A program made the position numbers and the translations under genes. The notes below the pieces were generated by a model that did not search any database, was not told the origin of the DNA, and saw only the letters and a program-made list of their open reading frames with translations. Shown here piece by piece: positions 25,981 through 34,812 of a stretch of 64,000 nucleotides of DNA; the stretch's first letter is position 1, and every line of letters starts with the position of its first letter. This DNA is from a bacterium (lineage in GTDB: Bacteria > 4484-113 > JAFGCY01). The stretch is from assembly GCA_041395205.1 (NCBI GenBank), contig JAWLAZ010000002.1, positions 119,589-183,588 on the forward strand, read 5' to 3'.

Positions 25981-26262
25981 TCAGGCCTCAGCCTTTTCGC
26001 CGAACTGCCTGTTGAAGGCCAGCATCAGGCGGCTGACCTTGCGCGAGGCGTTCTGCTTCTTGATCAGGCGCTTGGTGGCGCTCTTGTAGATGCGCTTCAC
26101 GGCGGCATCCAGCGCGGCCTTGGCGGCTTCCTTGTCCTCACCGGCCATCGCGGTGCGCGCCTTCTTGATGCTGGTCTTCAGCATCGTCTTGAAATGCACG
26201 TTGCGCTCATGGTTCCGGCGGGAGACCAGGATCTGCTTCTTTGCTGTCTTCGTATTCGCCAC
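25981..26262 (-). CDS. rpsT: 30S ribosomal protein S20
   Basis: MANTKTAKKQILVSRRNHERNVHFKTMLKTSIKKA..., 93 aa, GTG start. Confidence 0.9.
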   Translation of the reverse strand: MANTKTAKKQILVSRRNHERNVHFKTMLKTSIKKARTAMAGEDKEAAKAALDAAVKRIYKSATKRLIKKQNASRKVSRLMLAFNRQFGEKAEA

Positions 26263-26292
26263 GTAGTTTCTCCGCTCAAAAGTGGAAGGAAG

Positions 26293-26320
26293 ATTATAGC
26301 CCCAGATGTTACCGTGTCAA
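26293..26320 (-). promoter_or_regulatory. consensus sigma70-type promoter of rpsT
   Basis: Reverse strand reads TTGACA-16 nt-TATAAT, followed by a ~30-nt leader containing GGAG before the GTG. Confidence 0.7.
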
Positions 26321-26364
26321 GGCCACAAACGCAATCCAGCCCGAATCTCGGATAGAATCTAGCC

Positions 26365-27168
26365 GTGAAAAACCATATCCTATCGCTGATTATCCCTGCC
26401 CTAATGCTGGGCCTGCTCTGCGGCTGCCCGGCGGACTCCCCACGCGACGAGGGGACTGAGCCCAAGGGCGGTCCAGTTGAGACCCAGCCCAGTGAGCTGG
26501 AAGCTCCCAAGCCCGCCAATACGGACAGTTCCGCGCTACAGCTGAATGCCACGGAGCTGAAGCTCGGCCAGCGCATCCAGCTCGCCATCCCGGAGTCCGG
26601 CAACTACATGCTGAAGGTGCTGAAGACCGGCCAGGATGCAAACGGCAAGGTGCAGACGGAGGAGCTGGATTCCTTCGAGCCGGTCAGCGGTGCGGACAGT
26701 TCCAATGGCTGGCTGCCGGAATCAACCGGCAAGTTCACGGTGGTGCTGCTGGACAGCAGCGGCAGCGAACTGGACCGCGAGAAATTCAGCGTGGCCGCCT
26801 GGCCCAAGGGTGATCCGGTCACCCAGCAGCCGCCCTTTGTCTCGATCAACGTCGGCGAAGTGACTGAGGACATGCTGCTCAAGGTCGGCCTGCCGATCGT
26901 GGCCTACTTCCAGGTGCCGGATGACTTCCCGCATGATTCCTGGATCGGGCTGTTCAGGGCGGATGGCAACTTCGAGGGCAGCGCTACCGCGGATGACGCG
27001 GTGGAATCCGCGCTGCTGAGCGGCAACAAGGGCCAGTTCACCTTCTTCCCCAAGGAGCCGGGTCGCTATGTCGTGCGTCTGTTCTCCTCATACGAGATCC
27101 CGGCCAGCCATGTCGGCGACAGCCAGGAGATCAGCGTGGTGCTGGAGTACGAACAGGCTCCGCAGTGA
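26365..27168 (+). CDS. hypothetical lipoprotein
   Basis: MKNHILSLIIPALMLGLLCGC has a lipobox. The remaining ~245 aa are beta-rich, acidic and not recognised. GTG start with TAGAAT 6 nt upstream. Confidence 0.6.
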   Translation: MKNHILSLIIPALMLGLLCGCPADSPRDEGTEPKGGPVETQPSELEAPKPANTDSSALQLNATELKLGQRIQLAIPESGNYMLKVLKTGQDANGKVQTEELDSFEPVSGADSSNGWLPESTGKFTVVLLDSSGSELDREKFSVAAWPKGDPVTQQPPFVSINVGEVTEDMLLKVGLPIVAYFQVPDDFPHDSWIGLFRADGNFEGSATADDAVESALLSGNKGQFTFFPKEPGRYVVRLFSSYEIPASHVGDSQEISVVLEYEQAPQ

Positions 27169-28770
27169 TCAGGCCCGGCGGTAGCGCCGGAGCAGCTCGT
27201 CCACCACGTCGCTGATCTTCACACGCTCCTGGGTCAGGCTATCGCGGTCGCGCACGGTCACGGCTCCATCCTCTTCGCTGTCGAAGTCGTAGGTCAGACA
27301 CCAGGGCGTGCCGATCTCATCATGGCGGCGATAGCGCTTGCCGATGCTGCCGGCGTCGTCAAACTCGACGCTCAGGCCGGCCTCCAGCAGCTCGCGGTAC
27401 AGCGCATAGGACTTGCTGTCAGCCCCGCTGAGCTTCTTTGAAAGCGGCAGCACGGCGACGGTGATCGGCGAGATGCGCGGGTGCAGGCGCAGCACGATGC
27501 GGATGTCCGTGTCCTTACCCTCATGCTTGGTGTTCTGCTCATCCTCGTGGTAGGCGGCGGTCAGCACTGCGAGGAACATCCGCCCGAGGCCGACAGAGGT
27601 CTCGATGCAGGCCGGCAGGTAGGTTGCCAGTTCCTTGGCCTCCGCCTTGTCCATCCCCGCGCCGGTCAGGAGCGCCATCGCCTCGTCGTCAAAGTACTCG
27701 AAGCTCTTGCCGCTGTGCTTCTGATGCTGGCCGAGATCAAAGCTGCCACGGTGGTGCACACCCTCCAGCTCGCCCCAGCCGAAGGGGAACTCGAACTCGA
27801 AGTCCAGCGCGGCGCGGGCGTAATGTGCCAGCTTCTCCGCCGGATGGTCATGCACGCGGATCATCTCATCCGGCAGGCCGAGCTTCGTGTAGAAGCTGCG
27901 GCGCTCGCTGCGCCAGTATTCATACCAGTCCATCGTGCCTGCGGTGCCGGCCGGCTGACCGGGCACACTGCCTTCGTCAGTGGCATTCAGTTCGCGCAGC
28001 TTAGCCGTCAGCTCATCGGGACGCACGAAGAACTCCAGCTCCATCTGCTCGAATTCACGGGCGCGGAACAGGAAGTTGCGCGGGTTGATTTCGTTGCGGA
28101 AGGCCTTGCCCACCTGGCAGATCCCGAAGGGCACCTTCTGGCGCGAGGTCACGCGCACGTTGTCAAAGTCCACGAAGATCGGCTGGCAGGTCTCGGCACG
28201 CAGGTAACCGGTCTGGCCACCCTCCCCCGTCGCACCGATCTGCTGGCGGAACATCAGGTTGAACTGGCGCGGCACGGTGAAGCGGCTGGGCTTGCCGGTG
28301 TTCGGGTTCATCGGGTAGTAGCCGATGTGCTCCTTCAGTCCGTCCCAGAAGGCGGTCTCGTCACCGTTGCTGCCGGCATTGAGCCAGTTGAGCGCGTAGA
28401 GCTCGGCCTTCTCCGCATCCTCCTCACTTTCGTACTGGAGCTGGTCGATGCGGAAGCGCTCCTTGCTGTTCTTGTCGTCAATCAGGGCGTCGTTGAAAGC
28501 GCCTACATGCCCGCTGGCGGTCCAGACGGACTCGGGGCCGATGCAGGCGGAGTCGAGGCCGACGACGTTGTCACGGCTGCGCACCATGTAGTCCCACCAG
28601 AAGCGCTCGAGGTTCTTCTTCATCTCGACGCCCAGCGGTCCGTAGTCCCAGAAGCCGCTGAGGCCGGTGTAGACCTCGCTGTTGGCGAACACGAAGCCGC
28701 GCCGCTTGCAGAGCGTGACGATCTTGTCCATCAGCTCCATTGAGCTGACCTGCTGTCCGTGGGTACCCAT
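27169..28770 (-). CDS. glyQS: glycine--tRNA ligase (homodimeric GlyQS type)
   Basis: 533 aa. Contains RGFVFANSEVYTGLSGFWDYGPLGVEMKKN, FRNEINPRNFLFRAREFEQMELEFF, and a C-terminal anticodon-binding domain. AAGGAG lies 7 nt upstream of the ATG at 28770. Confidence 0.9.
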   Translation of the reverse strand: MGTHGQQVSSMELMDKIVTLCKRRGFVFANSEVYTGLSGFWDYGPLGVEMKKNLERFWWDYMVRSRDNVVGLDSACIGPESVWTASGHVGAFNDALIDDKNSKERFRIDQLQYESEEDAEKAELYALNWLNAGSNGDETAFWDGLKEHIGYYPMNPNTGKPSRFTVPRQFNLMFRQQIGATGEGGQTGYLRAETCQPIFVDFDNVRVTSRQKVPFGICQVGKAFRNEINPRNFLFRAREFEQMELEFFVRPDELTAKLRELNATDEGSVPGQPAGTAGTMDWYEYWRSERRSFYTKLGLPDEMIRVHDHPAEKLAHYARAALDFEFEFPFGWGELEGVHHRGSFDLGQHQKHSGKSFEYFDDEAMALLTGAGMDKAEAKELATYLPACIETSVGLGRMFLAVLTAAYHEDEQNTKHEGKDTDIRIVLRLHPRISPITVAVLPLSKKLSGADSKSYALYRELLEAGLSVEFDDAGSIGKRYRRHDEIGTPWCLTYDFDSEEDGAVTVRDRDSLTQERVKISDVVDELLRRYRRA

Positions 28771-28890
28771 GCGCCCGTTCTCCTTTGCCGCGCGACTGGC
28801 TGCCGCACTGGCGCGTGGAAGTATAGCTTCAACCGGGGATTGATTCCGACGGGAAGCGGGAAGAGCACGAGCCTGCGGCAGGCATTGATG

Positions 28891-28928
28891 AAGAAAACGA
28901 AAAAGGCGTCCCGCAGGGGACGCCTTTT
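28891..28928 (-). terminator. rho-independent terminator downstream of the response regulator (bidirectional shape)
   Basis: GGCGTCCC-gcag-GGGACGCC (28905-28924), flanked by an A-run on the left and a T-run on the right. Confidence 0.75.
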
Positions 28929-28949
28929 CATTTATTGGGAATGCCCCGT

Positions 28950-29654
28950 CTAGCCGACGACGCTTTCAACCGCGGGCTGGAAGCGATAGCCGAAGCCGCG
29001 CACGGTCTGGATGAACTGCGGGTTGCTGGGATCACCCTCGATCTTGTCACGCAGGGTGTGGATCGTCACGTCGACGGTCTTCTCACCGCTCGGGCTGTCA
29101 TCGCCCCAGATGCTCTTGAACAGCTCATGGCGGCTGATCGCCACGCCGGGGTTCTCCGCAAGAGTCACGAGGATCTGGTATTCCTTGAGACGCAGCTTGA
29201 CCTCTTCCTCGCTGCGGTAGACGATGCGCGCGGAGCAGTCGATGCGCACGTCGCCGAACTCGATCTCGGTCGGGCGCTCCTTCTCATAGCGGCGGATCAC
29301 GGCCTTGATGCGGGCCTGGAACTCGGGAATGGAGAAGGGCTTGACGACGTAGTCGTCGGCACCGAGCTCGAAGGCCTGCAGCTTCTCATCCTCGGCACTG
29401 CTGGCGGTCAAGAGGATCACGGGGGTCTTGTCCTTCTTCGTGCGGCGCAGCCAGCGCAGCAGGTCGAAACCGTTCTCGCTGCCGTTCATGTTGATGTCAA
29501 GGACCACGAGATCGAAGGCCTCGGCATCGAGTTCATTGCGCCCCTCGGGAACATTGCGGGCGGTATGCACCTGGTAACCCGCCTGAGACAGCGCATCGCC
29601 GAGCATGTCGCGCAACTGCTGCTCATCATCAACTATCAGAACCGACTGTGCCAT
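28950..29654 (-). CDS. OmpR/PhoB-family response regulator (no adjacent histidine kinase)
   Basis: 234 aa. Receiver domain: LIVDDEQ, phospho-acceptor in DLVVLDINM, and ADDYVVKPF. Winged-helix output domain: LRLKEYQILVTLAENPGVAISRHELF ... VDVTIHTLRDKIE ... IQTVRGFGYRF. Confidence 0.9.
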   Translation of the reverse strand: MAQSVLIVDDEQQLRDMLGDALSQAGYQVHTARNVPEGRNELDAEAFDLVVLDINMNGSENGFDLLRWLRRTKKDKTPVILLTASSAEDEKLQAFELGADDYVVKPFSIPEFQARIKAVIRRYEKERPTEIEFGDVRIDCSARIVYRSEEEVKLRLKEYQILVTLAENPGVAISRHELFKSIWGDDSPSGEKTVDVTIHTLRDKIEGDPSNPQFIQTVRGFGYRFQPAVESVVG

Positions 29655-29874
29655 GGTTGTTCTTCCTTAACCCTGAGTTAGTTTTAGAATCTCTTATCCG
29701 TTTATCGGATGATTTTGCCTTTCCTTCAGTTAGTTAAACTGACGAAACACGTCATTTAACCTAACGTGTCGGATTATACAACGGATATCTGATCCGCAAC
29801 TGTAGAAAATTAAACTTTACCAAGTCTTAAAACTGGAACATTATCCAGCGGAAAGGCGATAATATATCCCGACA

Positions 29875-31383
29875 ATGAAGAATTCCAATGTACTCACAAT
29901 ATTCCTGATTGGACTATTCCTCGGCGTAACAGCCTGGCTGGGCTGGCGCACCTGGCAGATCCAGCAGGCCGGGATGCAGGGCCTGCCCATGACTGGTCTG
30001 GCGGATCACCAGATCGAGGCCGCTGTCCAGAAGCTGGTGGAACAGCCTGATCTGGACATGGCCCAGCGCCTGCTGCCGCAGCTGCGGGAGCTGCATGCCG
30101 GGAACCCCGGTCCCCGTGAACGGACCCTGCTGGCGATCGTGCTCTACTACGCGGCCAACATGGATTCAGATTACTATCATGATTACCTGCGCGAAGCCCT
30201 GCCCCTGATCATGGAGAACTATTCCGGCTCGCGGACTGACCAGGGCGGCAGTGGCGAGCTGCTGCTGAACTTCCTCGCCATGGCCCTGCAGGAGGATGAG
30301 TTTGAGCGCTGGAAGCGGGATCTGCTCAGCCGGGAGCCCTACATGCAGGAGGAGCTGGACCTGCTGGCCCTGGAGCTGTGGCTGGAGACCGATCAGCGAG
30401 AGGCCGCCAAGACGCTGATCGACCGCTACATTAAGCCCAATCTGCAGTCGCGTTCCGCAAGAACAATGGCCTTCAAAATTCACTGTATGTTAAATCAGTA
30501 TGACCAGGCCAGCCAGTTTGAATCTGTAGCAATTGATGTTCCAGTGGCTTATAATTCTGCGGGGAAGGCCGGTAATTCTGAAGACAATAAACCAGTTGTT
30601 GATAGATACACCTACGTCACGACACTTGACTATCTGCTGCAAAATGCACGCTTCCAGGAAGCCCGGGAGTATATCGATCACACTTCCAATGAACTGCTTG
30701 ATCCAGCGTATATCGCCATGCACCAGGCAATCATCCTCGCTTCGGAAGGCAAGCAGGACGGACCCGAATTCAAGAACTATCTCACGGAAATTGCGCAGTC
30801 TCCGTTCATGCAGATGTCACTGGCTGGTGCTGAGTCAAGTGTGTATGCGGCCTTGGCTGAAATCGGGAGTGGCGCGGACAGTCTTTCCCTGGCTGAGGCC
30901 TTGTATAGTGGAAATGAAACTGACACCCAGTTACTGCAGAATCTTTCCCTGATCTGCCTATACACCGATGTCGGTACAATTAGGCTTGAGGATTCCAGTG
31001 GTACCACCCACGAATTGAATGCCCTGCAGCTGGCACAGCAGGCCCTGGAATGTGCAAGAAACTTTGAGGACCGCCAGCAGTCACTGCTGCTGCTCGGCGT
31101 CGTCTATGCGGCTCAGCCGCGCAGCGCTGCCGATATTGAGCTGCAGCAGAAATCCCTTGAATATCTGCACAAGGGCCTGTTGACGGATGTTGAGGATCCG
31201 GAGGAAGGATTCCCCCTGAGCCTGCGCACCAACCTTGCCGGCATCACCTCCGATGAGTTCATTCAGGCACTGCGCCGGGCCAGCCCGCAGTATGACGTGG
31301 AGCTGCATGAACTGATCCGGGCCCATGTGGAGCATACCCAGCAGTACTACGGCCCCCAGGCACTGGGTAAGACCGAGCCCTGA
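29875..31383 (+). CDS. hypothetical N-terminally anchored, all-helical (TPR-like) protein
   Basis: 502 aa. N-terminal TM segment VLTIFLIGLFLGVTAWLGW, then helical-repeat-like sequence. The 3' two-thirds is clearly lower in GC than the surroundings. TAATAT lies 9 nt upstream of the ATG. Confidence 0.6.
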   Translation: MKNSNVLTIFLIGLFLGVTAWLGWRTWQIQQAGMQGLPMTGLADHQIEAAVQKLVEQPDLDMAQRLLPQLRELHAGNPGPRERTLLAIVLYYAANMDSDYYHDYLREALPLIMENYSGSRTDQGGSGELLLNFLAMALQEDEFERWKRDLLSREPYMQEELDLLALELWLETDQREAAKTLIDRYIKPNLQSRSARTMAFKIHCMLNQYDQASQFESVAIDVPVAYNSAGKAGNSEDNKPVVDRYTYVTTLDYLLQNARFQEAREYIDHTSNELLDPAYIAMHQAIILASEGKQDGPEFKNYLTEIAQSPFMQMSLAGAESSVYAALAEIGSGADSLSLAEALYSGNETDTQLLQNLSLICLYTDVGTIRLEDSSGTTHELNALQLAQQALECARNFEDRQQSLLLLGVVYAAQPRSAADIELQQKSLEYLHKGLLTDVEDPEEGFPLSLRTNLAGITSDEFIQALRRASPQYDVELHELIRAHVEHTQQYYGPQALGKTEP

Positions 31384-31452
31384 TATTCATCTGTACTAGA
31401 CATTTGTAAACTTTCGCCGTGGAAGAATTTTTGATACTGTTTCCCACGAGGG

Positions 31453-31770
31453 TTGCGAAAAACTATGGGGCATCATCTGAGGGCACTTCAGAGACTTTCC
31501 ATCCTGCTGCTCGTCTGGTTCCTGGCAGGCGGCCTGTGCGTGCGTGCGTACACGGCCTGGCAGGCGAACCGTGAAATGCGGCTGCGGATGGACGCCAACC
31601 AGGCTGACTATGACAGCAAGCTGGCGGAACTCACCAAACTGCTGGAGAACAAGCAGCGCCTGGACTCCGATACGGAGACCCAGGTGAACCTGCTGAAGCA
31701 GAAACTCGGCTACTGTGAGCCGGGGGAAATTCCGATCATCATCGTGGACAGAAGCGGCAGCAACTCCTGA
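31453..31770 (+). CDS. FtsB/DivIC-like septum formation initiator
   Basis: About 100 aa. TM segment LSILLLVWFLAGGLCV, then a coiled coil, then C-terminal KLGYCEPGEIPIIIV, which resembles the FtsB/DivIC signature. The track start is TTG at 31453; an alternative ATG lies at 31465. Confidence 0.55.
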   Translation: MRKTMGHHLRALQRLSILLLVWFLAGGLCVRAYTAWQANREMRLRMDANQADYDSKLAELTKLLENKQRLDSDTETQVNLLKQKLGYCEPGEIPIIIVDRSGSNS

Positions 31771-31792
31771 CAGCCCTATACTGTTAGGTACG

Positions 31793-32788
31793 ATGCAGAA
31801 ATTCACAGCCGCACTGATCCTCGTCTTCTGCTGCCTGCTGGGCTGCAACGCCTCAGACAGCGCACGCGCCCAGACCCAGGACCGTGACAACGGCAGCCAG
31901 TCCGAGATTGACCCCTCCCTGTATCTCGCGACGCGCAACTTCGACGAGCGCAAGGCCTGGGCGCATCTCGAGAAGCAGGTGGACTTCGGCTTCCGCGTAC
32001 CCGGCAGCAGCGCGCACCGGGCCTGCAAGGACTACATCGTGAGCCAGCTCGAGCCGCTCTGCGACGCCGTCGAGGTCCAGGAATTCAGCATGATGCTGGG
32101 TGGCGAAGATACGAAGATGTTCAACATCGTCGGCCGCTACAACCTCGATGCCCCGCGCCGCATCATGCTGGCTGCGCACTGGGATACGCGGCCCACGGCG
32201 GACATGAACATCAAGGCCAGCAAGAAGCTGCCGATCCAGGGTGCGAATGACGGAGCCAGCGGGGTGGCGGTACTGCTGGAACTGGCGCGGGTGTTCTCCG
32301 AGCAGGACTTCGAGGTCGGGCTGGATTTCGTGTTCTTCGATGGTGAGGACTACGGCCCCGGCCTGGACATGATGTTCCTCGGCAGCAAGTACTACTGCAA
32401 CAGCATGCCCAATGCGGAAATCGCCACCTACAACTACGGCGTACTGCTGGACATGGTCGGTGACAGCGAACTCGTGATCCGTCCGGAGAACCACAGCTCG
32501 CGCTCCGCGGAGATCTTCATGGCCGCCAAGGCGCTGAACGACGCAATGGGCTTCAAGGTCTTCCGTGAATCCGGAGCGCTGACGATCTATGACGACCACC
32601 TGTCCTTCATTGACCGCGGCATGCACTTCTACGACTTCATCGACTTCGAGTACGGGCCGGACAACCGCTACTGGCACACCACGGAGGACACCGTGGACAA
32701 GTGCAGCAAGGAAAGTCTGAAGGCCATCGGCGAAATCGTCGAGAACCTCGTGCTGAAGTTCCCCGACCTGTACGCGCCTGAGAGCTGA
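31793..32788 (+). CDS. M28-family lipoprotein, glutaminyl-peptide cyclotransferase-like
   Basis: MQKFTAALILVFCCLLGCN has a lipobox. Contains AHWDTRPTAD, GANDGASGVAVLLELAR, FFDGEDYG, and WHTTEDTVDK. The start is moved from 31715 to the ATG at 31793. Confidence 0.75.
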   Translation: MQKFTAALILVFCCLLGCNASDSARAQTQDRDNGSQSEIDPSLYLATRNFDERKAWAHLEKQVDFGFRVPGSSAHRACKDYIVSQLEPLCDAVEVQEFSMMLGGEDTKMFNIVGRYNLDAPRRIMLAAHWDTRPTADMNIKASKKLPIQGANDGASGVAVLLELARVFSEQDFEVGLDFVFFDGEDYGPGLDMMFLGSKYYCNSMPNAEIATYNYGVLLDMVGDSELVIRPENHSSRSAEIFMAAKALNDAMGFKVFRESGALTIYDDHLSFIDRGMHFYDFIDFEYGPDNRYWHTTEDTVDKCSKESLKAIGEIVENLVLKFPDLYAPES

Positions 32789-32794
32789 GACTGC

Positions 32795-34219
32795 TCAGTG
32801 GGCTGCGGGATCCGCGGCCGCAGCATCCTCCTCCGCATGTGCAGCATGGCCCGGCGGGTCGGCCGTGATGTCGATGCCCAGCAGCACCGCCGCCTGTTCG
32901 GCAGCGCTCATGTCGCCACCGTGGAAGATGCGGTTGACGTACTGCGGCCAGTGCTCCCTGAACGGAGTGCTGTTGAATTCATCGTGGCACTTCACGCAGA
33001 AGTCGTAGGCATAGCTCGTGACCGGCGGATCGGGGCGCGGGACGTTGTCAGGATCCTCCATCGCCTCATAGACATGCATGTCGGTGATGTTCGTGTGGCA
33101 GCTGATGCAGTTGATCGGCCGCAGCTCATTCTCACCCGGGTCGTAGACGATGTGGCACTTGATGCAGTCCAGGTTGTAGAGCTGGTTGTCATTCTCCAGC
33201 GTGATCCGGGCCCGGCTGTGCCCACTCGCCATGTAACTGTCGTACTGGTCCTGGTGGCAGGGCATGCAGTAGTCCGGCGGGAGGTAGATCGCATCCTTGT
33301 CAAAGGGCATGATCTCCGCGAAGACATCCTTCAGCCCGCCCTTGAATTCCTCGAGGATCGCCAGCACCTGCGGGTCATCGGCGAGGTCCTCCTCCAGCGG
33401 GATGTTGATGCCGCTGGCAACGTAGCCGCCCTGCTCCAGCGGGTCCATGCTCACGAAGCCCAGGTAGCGCCCGAGCTTCCAGTTGTTGAGCGCTGGCGGG
33501 TCGTTGGCAAACTCCAGGCTGGCGGCGAGGTCGTCGCGGTCGCCTGTCAGGAACAGGTCTGCGCGCCCGGCATACTTCTGCAGCATGCCCCCCAGCCAGA
33601 TGTTGTCACCCTCGAGGCAGATGATGCGGCAGTCGGCCTTCCCGGCCTGGGCCAGGGCACTGTCGAGTGCGGCGACGGGATCGCTGATGCTCATGCCCTC
33701 GGGCAAGGTGAAAGCTGCGAACTCGCGCTGGCTGACGGCGGTGACCGCCACGCGGTTGCCGGCGATGCTGAAGGTCTCCATGGCCGAGCCATAGGGCTGG
33801 CCCCCACTGAGGATGTTGGCACTGATGAAGGGAATCCGGGTCTGCTCGCGCAGGCTGTCCAGCTCCGCTGCTCCCTGCTGGGCCTCACGGACGCCGAGGA
33901 TGATGCCGTCGTAGCCCATGGTATCCAGGGCCCGCACGATGGAACGGCCCTTCATCATCTGGAAGGTGCCGGCTTCCTCGAAGAAGTGCGCTCCCTCGAG
34001 CTTGAGCACGGGGCCGGCGCTTTCCAGGGCTGCGAGCTTGCTGGCGCGGCGCGGCAGACCGCCGAGCTGATGCGCACTGCAGCCGCAGACCTCGAGATAG
34101 CCGCTGGTGTCATAGTTCCAGGCCACGCTGAAGCTCTCCCGCGGTGTGTTGCCACCCGGGCAGCTGATCAGCAGGGCCGCAAGTACGGCGAGTATCACCA
34201 GCTTGGTTGAAGGTTTCAT
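32795..34219 (-). CDS. lipoprotein: metallophosphoesterase/5'-nucleotidase-like N-domain fused to a C-terminal tetraheme cytochrome c
   Basis: MKPSTKLVILAVLAALLISC has a lipobox. The N-domain has YLEVCGCSAHQLGGLPRRA. The C-terminal ~160 aa carry four CxxCH motifs (CMPCH, CIKCH, CISCH, CVKCH; codons within 32984-33268). The start is taken at the ATG at 34219; an alternative lies at 34228. Confidence 0.7.
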   Translation of the reverse strand: MKPSTKLVILAVLAALLISCPGGNTPRESFSVAWNYDTSGYLEVCGCSAHQLGGLPRRASKLAALESAGPVLKLEGAHFFEEAGTFQMMKGRSIVRALDTMGYDGIILGVREAQQGAAELDSLREQTRIPFISANILSGGQPYGSAMETFSIAGNRVAVTAVSQREFAAFTLPEGMSISDPVAALDSALAQAGKADCRIICLEGDNIWLGGMLQKYAGRADLFLTGDRDDLAASLEFANDPPALNNWKLGRYLGFVSMDPLEQGGYVASGINIPLEEDLADDPQVLAILEEFKGGLKDVFAEIMPFDKDAIYLPPDYCMPCHQDQYDSYMASGHSRARITLENDNQLYNLDCIKCHIVYDPGENELRPINCISCHTNITDMHVYEAMEDPDNVPRPDPPVTSYAYDFCVKCHDEFNSTPFREHWPQYVNRIFHGGDMSAAEQAAVLLGIDITADPPGHAAHAEEDAAAADPAAH

Positions 34220-34220
34220 G

Positions 34221-34691
34221 TCAGGCATCACTGCGCACCGCGATCGTGAAGTCGATCTCGACCGGCACGTTGAGCGGCAGGGCCACACTGCCCACGGCTG
34301 CCCGGGTATGCCGGCCGGCATCACCAAACAGTTCGACGAGCAGATCGCTGGCTCCGTTTATCACCTGGGGCTGCTGCCCGAAACCCGGCGGGCAGGCCAC
34401 GAAGCCACGCACCCGCAGGAAGGATTCGACACCATTGAGGCTGCCCCCCAGGGCCTGGCGGACCCAGCCCAGAGCATTGACCACGCACTGCCGGGCACAC
34501 TCCTGGCCCTGCTCCACGGATAGCTCATCCCCGACCCGGCCCAGATACAATGGCTGGCCATCCCGGATCGGGATCATCCCGGAGAGGTAGAGGATGTTGC
34601 CGTGGCGGCGGTAGGGCAGGTAGTTGGCCACGGGCATCGCAGGCGATCCCGGGTCGATGCCCAGATCCGACAGTTTCTTGTCAAAATCCAT
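34221..34691 (-). CDS. RidA/YjgF/L-PSP family protein
   Basis: 156 aa from MDFDKKLS. Contains NILYLSGMIPI, VESFLRVRGFV and RAAVGSVALPLNVPVEID. The start is moved from 34814 to the ATG at 34691. Confidence 0.8.
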   Translation of the reverse strand: MDFDKKLSDLGIDPGSPAMPVANYLPYRRHGNILYLSGMIPIRDGQPLYLGRVGDELSVEQGQECARQCVVNALGWVRQALGGSLNGVESFLRVRGFVACPPGFGQQPQVINGASDLLVELFGDAGRHTRAAVGSVALPLNVPVEIDFTIAVRSDA

Positions 34692-34812
34692 GAGCGATTC
34701 TATCACGACACAGTGTATTGAAGCGGTGTGCGGCAGGCTGCGGAGTGCCCTGCGGGGCCCCGCCACTTCCGGCAGCATAGTAAAATATTGCTGACGACCG
34801 AGGGAGGAAATC

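Noticed and set aside
34760-34790. The imperfect inverted repeat CAGCATA-gtaaaa-TATTGCTG overlapping the putative -10 of the acyl-CoA dehydrogenase gene, considered as a possible operator.
   Set aside because: The repeat is imperfect and short, and no regulator gene is adjacent. The evidence is insufficient for a feature call.
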